From positions 21,266,001 through 21,330,000 of the forward strand of contig OX597817.1 of assembly GCA_951406725.2 (NCBI GenBank): a stretch of 64,000 nucleotides of DNA, read 5' to 3'. Origin of the DNA: Octopus vulgaris (lineage: Eukaryota). A model generated the notes under the pieces. It was not told the DNA's origin. It worked only from the letters and a program-made list of their open reading frames with translations, and ran no database searches. Below are positions 1-8,445 of this stretch, piece by piece (positions within the stretch are counted from its first letter, which is position 1; every line of letters begins with the position of its first letter). The position numbers were made by a program, and so were the translations under genes.

Positions 1-14
1 TAATAATAATAATG

Positions 15-54
<40 letters not shown>
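1..54. repeat. (TAA)n microsatellite, 5' flank/target of the Dong-like element
   Basis: Direct reading: near-perfect TAA repeat from the window start to ~54. Confidence 0.95.
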
Positions 55-58
<4 letters not shown>

Positions 59-1580
59 CAGCTGGAAACACTATTAAAGACAGTTCATGGATTTACCAAA
101 GAAATAGATATGAAATTTGGATTAGAAAAATGCGCCAAAGTAACCATGAAAAGAGGAAAACTAGTTAAGAGTAACAACATCATACTAGATAAAACCAATG
201 AAATAAAAGAATTAGACCAAAGCCAAACTTACAAATACTTAGGAATCCATGAATTAGATAAGACACAACACACACAAATGAAAGAGAAAATAAAAAAAGA
301 ATATTATAGACGAGTTAGATCAATACTAAACACAGAGCTCAATGCTAAAAACAAGATAATAGGTATCAACACTTTAGCTGTCCCAGTTATAAGTTACAGC
401 TACAATATCCTTAACTGGACACGAAATGAACTGACCAAAATAGATAGGAAAACAAGAAAAATAATGACAGGATCTAGGATGCATCACCCAAAATCTGACA
501 TAGAAAGACTATATATACAACGTATAGAAGGTGGTAGAGGCCTTATACAGCTGGAAAACTACTATAAAATAACCACCATAGGACTGCAAAAATATCTACT
601 TCAGAAGGAAGGAAAACTGATCCAGATAGCGGCAAAACACGAGCAAAACAAAAAACTGTTCTCAGTATTTAAGGAAGCTGACAAATACAAACAAGAAATC
701 ATACCACCTAATAAACATGAAGAAGAAGAAGAAGAAGATGAAGAAACAACAAAAGCTATAAAACAAATGAAATCCAAACTAAAAACAGAACAGCAACGAA
801 CCATGATAAAACGATGGCAAGAAAAGCCCCTTCATGGTAAATACTGCACTAAACTAAACGCAAAAGAAATAGACAAAGAAAAATCCCAGCAATGGTTGAG
901 AAGCTCAGGACTCAAAGCAGAAACAGAGGGATTTTTAATTGCAGCCAAGACCAAAGCCTCCCCACCAGAAATTACCAAAAACATGTAATGAAAAGAAATA
1001 TTACAAGTAACTGCAGAATATGTGGAGATAGACAAGAAACAATAAATCATATTATCTCTAGCTGCCCAGTCCTGGCTAAGAAGGAATATATTCACAGACA
1101 TGACAGAGTTGGAACCTACATACATTGGAAGCTATGCCAACATTATGGAATAACAAGAGAAAAAAGATGGTATAGGCACACACCAGAAAAGGTCACAGAA
1201 AACGAGAAAGCAACCATACTCTGGGATATGCCGATACACACAGATAGAGAAATTAAGGCCAACAGACCAGATATAGTTGTCAGAGATCATGAAGAAAAAA
1301 ATGCTTTTTAATTGATGTATCAATACCGGCAGATGACAACGTGTCTCTAAAAGAAATGGAGAAACTCTCAAAATACAAAGACCTGGAAATAGAGGTAACT
1401 AGAATGTGGAATCTGAAAACAGAAACAATTCCTATCATAGTAGGTGCATTAGGCATGATAAAAAAATATTCAGACAAATACATAACAAAAACACCAGGAC
1501 TTACAAACACATATAACATACAGAAAATTGCACTACTAGGCACTGCCCACATCCTACGCAGAACACTTTCCATACAATAA
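53..1580 (+). pseudogene. Retrotransposon ORF fragment (RT C-terminus/thumb, CCHC zinc knuckle, RLE endonuclease) with two frameshifts
   Basis: The frame is open upstream of ATG 110 (NKQLETLLKTVHGFTKEIDMKFGLEKCAK), matching the segment just after the RT YMDD motif. Motifs seen: YKYLG, RLY..R..GGRGL, ETEGFLIAA/QDQSL, CRICGDRQETINHIISSC, RHD, RPDIVV...LID and KLSKYKDL. ORFs 110-988, 892-1311 and 1341-1580 join through apparent 1-bp deletions at ~947 and in the A-run at 1295-1301. Confidence 0.9.
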
Positions 1581-1680
1581 CCATCAGAGCATCACAACAA
1601 ATCACAGCACATACCCAAGGCACACAGAGCTGCGCTCGGTAGTGAAGTGAAAGCTCGCTATAAAAATAAAAATAAAACTA

Positions 1681-1683
<3 letters not shown>
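53..1683 (+). mobile_element. 5'-truncated R4/Dong-like RLE-clade non-LTR retrotransposon inserted in (TAA)n
   Basis: Encodes the RT C-terminal region, a CCHC knuckle and a restriction-like endonuclease (see next feature). A ~100-bp 3' UTR (1581-1683) runs directly into (AAT)n, and both ends abut TAA repeats. Dong elements of the R4 clade are known to target TAA microsatellites. Confidence 0.88.

Positions 1684-1760
<77 letters not shown>
1684..1760. repeat. (AAT)n microsatellite, 3' tail/target of the Dong-like element
   Basis: Perfect AAT run. Confidence 0.95.
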
Positions 1761-1762
<2 letters not shown>

Positions 1763-2315
1763 GCCCTGATGCAGTACCAGGCAGTGGCTCTCATGGCTTC
1801 TGATCTTAACTGATTGGAAGTGTTATCATGTACATTGTTTTGTCTTGGTATAAAAGATGGGCTACAGCAAATATTCTGCTCAATACCACAGATTTGCTTG
1901 TCAGTTGTTTGACCTTAACCAGTTGAGCATGTCCCTTAGTGGCTGATATATGTGCATCTCTGATCACGAGCAGAAGTAGTGGGGGAGCATCATAGCCATG
2001 TGTTGAGAAGGATTATTTGGGGTTTGAATAATTCACCTCTGGAAACATGGGTGTTTCGTTCAACGTCCTTAAACAACCCTTATTCAGGGACCTTTTGAGC
2101 GGGATGGGTTACTCGATCTGAAGAAAATTCTAACTGGGCTCCACCTGCAAGGTCATGTGCTGTTTATCTTGATATGAGATCACCATGTCGCGCACATATG
2201 GTTGTGATGCATGTGCCTGGTGTACCCTTATCAGACGGGTAGTCATGATGGGTATACTGGGCTTCGTATATTTTACCCCAGTGTCACTTTGATGGCATGC
2301 TCTGCTCGCTCACTC
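1761..2315. mobile_element. Putative non-autonomous retroelement, or 3' UTR remnant of a second TAA-targeting LINE
   Basis: A 555-bp block of complex, more GC-balanced sequence sharply bounded by (AAT)n on both sides, with no long ORF. Confidence 0.5.
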
Positions 2316-2361
2316 AATAATAATATTATTATTATTAATAATAACAACAACAACAACAACG

Positions 2362-2434
<73 letters not shown>

Positions 2435-2446
2435 TAATAATAATAA
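2316..2446. repeat. (AAT)n/(AAC)n microsatellite
   Basis: Direct reading; includes a short internal ATT inversion at ~2325-2336. Confidence 0.95.
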
Positions 2447-2640
2447 TTTCTACTATAGGCACATGGTCTGAAATTTGGGGAGAGGGGAATAGCAATTAGG
2501 TCGACCCACTTCTTCATTGGTACTTATTTTATCAACCCCGAAAGATGGAAGGCAAAGTTGACTCCGGCGTTACTTGAACTCAGAATGTAAAAACAGAGAA
2601 AATGCTGCTAAACATTCTTCCCGGCTTGGCAACAATTCTA
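2447..2640 (-). mobile_element. SINE family B, degenerate copy with type-2 tail
   Basis: Matches the reverse complement of 32531-32759 (aaccccgaaagatggaaggcaaagttgac...ttgaactcagaa) and carries the tail also seen at 6520-6570. Confidence 0.75.
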
Positions 2641-2873
2641 ACAACAACGACAACAGCATAAACAATAGTAGTTATCAGCAACAGCGATAGCAGCAACAGC
2701 GTAACAGCAGTAACGGTAGCAGCAGTGGCTGTAGCAGCAGCAGCAGCAGCAGGTGCTACGAAGATGTCGGGGGGCAAATGTTGTAGTATGGAGAGCATCA
2801 ACCACTGCAGTAGTAACAGAAGCTGCAATAGCTTCAGTATCATCATTATCATAATCAGTATTATCACCCTCAA

Positions 2874-3256
2874 TGGAGGCGCAATGGCCCAGTGGTTTGG
2901 GCAGTGGACTCGCGGTCGTAGGATCGCGGTTTCGATTCCCAGACCGGGCGTTGTGAGTGTTTATTGAGCGAAAACACCTAAAGCTCCACGAGGCTCCGGC
3001 AGGGGGGTGGTGGTGATCCCTGCTGTACTCTTTCACCACAACTTTCTCTCAATCTTACTTCCTGTTTCTGTTGTACCTGTATTTCAAAGGGCCGGCCTTG
3101 TCACTCTCTGTGTCACGGTGAATATCCCCGAGAACTACGTTAAGGGTACACGTGTCTGTGGAGTGCTCAGCCACTTATATGTTAATTTCACGAGCAGGCT
3201 GTTCCGTTGATCGGATCAACCGGAACCCTCGTCGTCGTAACCGACGGAGTGCTTCC
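2874..3256 (+). mobile_element. tRNA-derived SINE family A, full length with TSD
   Basis: A-box TGGCCCAGTGG and B-box-like GGTTTCGATTCC. 13-bp TSD attatcaccctca at 2860-2872 and 3257-3269. Near-identical copies at 7276-7659 (-) and 32959-33337 (+). Confidence 0.92.
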
Positions 3257-3699
3257 ATTATCACCCTCATAACCATGACATTTGCCAGCTAGAAATAGCC
3301 ACCAAGTCTCCCTTAAATCAAAGCCTACAGTAAAAATTCTGGGAAAATATGAGATAACGAGAAGCAAAGATTATTACCTGATCATACGTAAATAGGTCCA
3401 AATGCAGTAAGACCCTAACAAGACTGACGGCCAAGACATCATCATTATTAATAATCAGACCAGCAGGGAAAGAAAGAAAGAAAAATGCAGCTTCAACAAC
3501 AACAATAACAGGCTCAAATAATAGAGCCACCACGTGGTCACTCAATCTGCTGGAAATAGTAGCAACACCTACTTCAAAAAACACGTCCTGCCGCTCCCAA
3601 TATGTTTACATCTCGTGAAACGACAGTACGATCAAAGCTAAAATGATGATGGTTTGCCGGTTGACGGTTGGGGTCCAGGAGCAAAAAGAAAGCAACAAC

Positions 3700-3739
3700 C
3701 ACGACGACGACAACAACAGCAACAACTACTACTACAACA

Positions 3740-3800
<61 letters not shown>

Positions 3801-3917
3801 TTACTACTACTACTACTACTATAGCTACTACTACTCCTCCTCCTACTACTATTATTACTACTACTACTACTACTACTAATAATAATAATACTACTACTAC
3901 TACTACTACTACTACTA
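3700..3917. repeat. Compound (CGA/CAA/CTA)n microsatellite
   Basis: Direct reading; dominated by CTA. Confidence 0.95.
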
Positions 3918-3999
3918 CACAGAGAACTGCCTCGCCTGTAACCAGATAGAAGATGCATAGAGAATAGCAGAAGCAGTAACGCTAACAGTGGTACTGATA

Positions 4000-4031
4000 T
4001 CAGTAGTAGTAGTAGTAGTTTTATTAATATC

Positions 4032-4063
<32 letters not shown>

Positions 4064-4310
4064 CAGTTGAGGCAGTAGTGGTAGTAGTATTAGTAGTAGC
4101 AGCAACAGCAGTTGTAGTGATAGTAGCATTAGTAGTATTAGTAGCAGCAGCAGCATTAGTAGTGCTAGTAGTATGATTAGTATCAAAAACAGCAGCAGCA
4201 GCAGTTGCAGTAGCGGTAGCAGTATTATTAGTAGTAGTGGCAGTAGCAGCAGCAGAAGTAATAACAGCCGCAGCAGCCTCAGTAGTAGTAGTAGTAGTAG
4301 TAGTAGTAGC

Positions 4311-4369
<59 letters not shown>

Positions 4370-4445
4370 GGGCAGCTCTGTAAAAGTAGTATTTGTAGTT
4401 GGTGTTTTAGTTGTAGTAGTTGTTCTTCTGGCAGCAACGATAGCT

Positions 4446-4476
<31 letters not shown>

Positions 4477-4855
4477 CCACAACAACAACAACAACAACAA
4501 CAATAGCAGCATCAGCAACATTGTAAGAAATATTCAAAATAATTTTGGTAAGGAGGTAAACATCGTCAACAACTGCGATATCGTATTTGCAGTAGTAGTA
4601 GTAGTAATAAAGCCGTAGGGCTGTTCAAGGATCGATAAAAGCAGCAGTAGTAGTAGTATCACCGGCAGAAGTCCTAGCAGCAATAGTAGCAATAATACAG
4701 TAGCAGTAGCAGCTGTAGTAGTACCATCATCATAATCATCATCATAATCATCATCAAAATCATCATTAGCAGCAGTAGCAGTAGTAGTAGTAGTATTCTC
4801 AGCAGCAGCAGCAGCCGTAGTAGTGGTTGCAGCAGCAGTCGCAATAGCAGTAGTC

Positions 4856-4890
<35 letters not shown>

Positions 4891-5183
4891 CTCAGCAGCA
4901 GCAGTAGTATTAGTAATATTAGTATTAGTATTAGTAGTAGCAGTAGTAGTAGTATCAGCAGCATCGGTAGCAGTAGTAGTAGTATCAGCATCGACAGCAG
5001 CAGCCGTAGTAGTAGTGGTAGTAGTAGTAGTAGTAGTAAGTAGTCTCAGCAGCAGCAGTAGTATTAGTAATATTAGTATTAGTATTAGTAGTAGCAGTAG
5101 TAGTAGTATCAGCAGCATCGGTAGCAGTAGTAGTAGTATCAGCATCGACAGCAGCAGCCGTAGTAGTAGTAGTAGTAGTAGTG

Positions 5184-5215
<32 letters not shown>

Positions 5216-5280
5216 CGTAGTAGTAGTAGTAGTAGTAATAGTAGTAGTAGTCTCAGCAGCAGCAGCAGCAGCAACAGCAG
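4000..5280. repeat. Compound (TAG/CAG/CAT/CAA)n trinucleotide field with an internal ~154-bp duplication
   Basis: Direct reading; the unit ctcagcagcagcagtagtattagtaatatt...atcagcatcgacagcagcagccgtag starts at both 4891 and 5045. Confidence 0.9.
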
Positions 5281-5473
5281 CCGTTCAAGAATTTGGACCT
5301 GGAGATTTCCTTTTCCAGCGACTTCCAGGGCCACCTCCCAGTGGTGTCGGGTGTCAACGAAGACGACCAAAGTTTAAAAAAAATGTTTTCCAAGGTCTGT
5401 GGTCTCCCGGCCCTAAGCCATAGACCATCACCTAATCACCCTGACCCGTCTTGTTGCTTAACAAAACAAACTA

Positions 5474-5551
<78 letters not shown>

Positions 5552-5628
5552 AAACAGTGGTAGTAGTCTCAGCAGCCTCGGCAGCAGCAATAATAGTTCG
5601 AGCGGCAGTATTATTATTATTATTAGTA

Positions 5629-6572
5629 AGGCGGCGATCTGGCAAATACGGCCGAAATGCTGAGCGGTATTTCGTCTGCCGTTACGTTCTGAGTTCAAAT
5701 TCCACCGAGGTCCACTTTGCCTTTCATCCTTTCGCGGTGGATAAATTAAGTACCATTTACGCACTGGTGTCGATGTCATCGACTAAATCCCTTTGTCTGT
5801 CCTTGTTTGTCCCCCTCTATGTTTAGCTCCTTGTGAGCAATAAAGAAATAGATATTTCGCCTGCCATTACTTTTTGAGTTCAAATTTCGCCGAGGTTGAC
5901 TTTGCCTTTCATCCTTTCGGGGTCGATAAATTAGGTAACAGTTACGCACTGGTGTCGATATAATCGACTTAATCCACTTGTCTCTCCTTGTTTGTCCCCT
6001 CTGTGTTTAGCCCCTTGTTGATAGTAAAGAAATATATATTTCATCTGCTGCTACGTTCTGAGTTCAAATTCTACCGAGGTCCACTTTGCCTTTCATCCTT
6101 TCGAGGTCGATTAAATAAGTAACAGTTACGCACTGGGGTCGATATAATCGACTTAATCCGTTTGTCTGTCCTTGTTTGTCCCCTCTGTGTGTAGCCCCTT
6201 GTGGATAGTAAAGAAATAGATATTTCATCTGCTGCTACGTTCTGAGTTCAAATTCCACCGAGGTCGACTGTGCCTTTCATCCTTTCGGGGTTGATAAATT
6301 AAGTACCAGTTATGCACTGGTGTCGATGTAATCGACTTAATCCGCTTGTCTCTCCTTGTTTGTCCCCTCTGTGTTTAGCCCCTTGTTGATAGTAAAGAAA
6401 TAGATATTTCATCTGCTGCTACGTTCTGAGTTCAAATTCCACCGAGGTCGACTGTGCCTTTCATCCTTTCGGGGCCGATCAATTAAGTACCAGTTACGTA
6501 GTGGGGTCGATGGGATCGGCTGTGTCCCTCCCCCCCAAATTCCAGGCCTTGTACCTATATTAGAAAATATTT
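5629..6572 (+). mobile_element. SINE family B tandem pentamer (184-185 bp period)
   Basis: B-box GAGTTCAAAT at 5691, 5876, 6060, 6244 and 6428. Only the first unit has the aggcggcga head and only the last has the type-2 tail. Candidate low-complexity TSD ttattatt(a/g)gta at 5617-5628 and 6573-6584. Confidence 0.9.
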
Positions 6573-7275
6573 TTATTATTGGTAGTAGTAGTAGTAGAAG
6601 TAGTAGTATAGCAGCAACAGCAGTAGCAGCAGTACTATTAGTAATAGCAGCAGCAGATGCACCATGCTGCAGCAGTAGTCGTAGAAGCAGCAACAACTGC
6701 AAGCGCCGTATGAGCATAAACATTAACAGTGAAAACAAGCAAAAAAATAACTCCCTCTGAAGGATACACACAGCCTTTCGAAATATTAATCAAACAGTCC
6801 GCAAATTACATGTTGCAAATAATCTTTTCTACTAAAGGCACAAGGCCTGAAATAATGATGATGACGATACAAATAATGAGAGGAATGATTCCTTGGATAA
6901 TGTAGCCTCAGATACCGGAACGGCTTAAGATTATAGGTCTGCTGATAAAGACTGACGTAGAGCTAAATATAAAAACATTATCTATCAACAGTGGAGACAA
7001 CATCACGAGGAAGACTCACAACTAAAATAGAGTATCGCAAAGAAGTAATAGCGACAAAAATATTATAATTGATGCAACAACTTCAGCAAATATGAAAACG
7101 GTATTAGCAACAATAGCAAAGGCATGCGCATTAACAGGTTCGGCAAATATGAAAATGATATTAGCAACACTAGGAAAGGCTTGCGTATTAGCAGCAATAG
7201 CAACGTTGATACTAACAATTGCAGCATCGCAAAAGATTACAACCAAAACATCCCAGGCAATCGCCTTGATAGCGA

Positions 7276-7659
7276 TGGAAGCACTCCGTCGGTTACGACG
7301 ACGAGGGTTCCGGTTGATCTGACCAACGGAACAGCCTGCTCGTGAAATTAACGTGTAAGTGGCTGAGCAATCCACAGACACGTGTACACTTAACGTAGTT
7401 CTCGGGGATATTCAGCGTGACACAGAGAATGACAAGGCCGGTCCTTTTAAATGCAGGTACAACAGAAACAGGAAGAAAGAGTGAGAGAAAGTTGTGGTGA
7501 AAGAGTACAGCAGGGATTACCACCATGCCCTGCCGGAGCCTCGTGGAGCTTTTAGGTGTTTTCGCTCAATAAACACTCACAACGCCCGGTCTGGGGATCG
7601 AAACCGCGATCCTACGACCGCGAGTCCAATGCCCTAACCACTGGGCCATTGCGCCTCCA
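7276..7659 (-). mobile_element. tRNA-derived SINE family A, full length with TSD
   Basis: Reverse-complement match to 2874-3256. TSD tc(g/a)ccttgatagc at 7261-7273 and 7661-7673. Confidence 0.92.
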
Positions 7660-7689
7660 CTCACCTTGATAGCATCAATATTGATAACA

Positions 7690-8445
7690 AATTCTGGAAG
7701 GACAGCAATTTCGAGGCAATGGGTAAGTCGATTACATGAACCCGTGTGTTGAACTGGCACTTATTTTATCAACCCAAGAGGATGAAATGCAAAGTTGAGT
7801 TTGGCGTTATTTGAACGCAGAACCTCGAGATAGAAGGACTGATGGTAAGCATTTTACCCGGTGTGCTAATCCGCCTTAATGATAGCATCAATATTAATTT
7901 CAAATTTTGGCACAGGGCCAGATACTTCAATGAAAGGGCTAAGTCGGTTACATCACATCCCTGTGCTCAACTGGTACTTATTTATTTTATCGATCTCGGA
8001 GGATTGGAACGCAAGGTCGACCGTAATGGAATTTGAATTCACAACGTGAAGATGGACGAAATGCTGCTAAGCATTTTCTCCGGTGTGCTAACGACTCTGC
8101 CACCTTGATATCTTGAATGATAGCATCGAAAAGAGCAATTTGAACAAACATGCACAACACGAGTGATGGCATCAGCATTAAAAGCAGCAAAATATAACAC
8201 ATGTAACGTTAGCATCAGTAATCGCAACAGCATTAAAATTCTTGATTTTTTGGCGCAAAGCCAAAAATTTTGTCAGGAGGGTGTTAATCGATTAATTCAT
8301 CCCCAGTACTTGAATGGTACTTTATTTTATAAACACTGGTGAGATGAAAGGCAAAGTTGACCTTGGCCGGATTTGAAACCAGAATCTAAAGAAATACCAC
8401 AATATATTGTCCGATACTCGAAGAATTCTGCCAATCCACTGCCAC
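7690..8445 (-). mobile_element. Three old, degenerate SINE family B copies (~7690-7878, ~7900-8107, ~8245-8445)
   Basis: Each has a ggtactta/ttttat...gaaaggcaaagttgac...atttgaa-like core in reverse orientation. Boundaries are approximate. Confidence 0.65.

Noticed and set aside
1765-1815. ctgatgca and ctgatctt as a possible ribozyme at the 5' end of the TAA-flanked element
   Set aside because: Neither matches CUGANGA, and no stem II-GAAA arrangement follows.
2878-2950. tRNA-like sequence (also at 7585-7656, 29638-29710 and 32962-33034)
   Set aside because: A and B boxes are present but the cloverleaf pairing is imperfect, and each continues into a SINE body, bounded by TSDs in the family A copies. 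These are SINE heads, not tRNA genes.
3638-5826. Long ORFs (up to 299 aa) of poly-L/S/T/V/Y
   Set aside because: They are stop-free frames of trinucleotide microsatellites on both strands, with no domain content.
5629-6572. Regularly spaced repeats resembling a CRISPR array
   Set aside because: The whole 184-bp unit repeats with no unique spacers, the unit is a dispersed SINE, there are no cas genes and the context is eukaryotic.
6409-6771. Recurrent peptide ...YLIDRPRKDERQSRPRRNLNSER... in several ORFs (also 19097, 38796 and 57589)
   Set aside because: It is the antisense translation of SINE family B, not a protein family.
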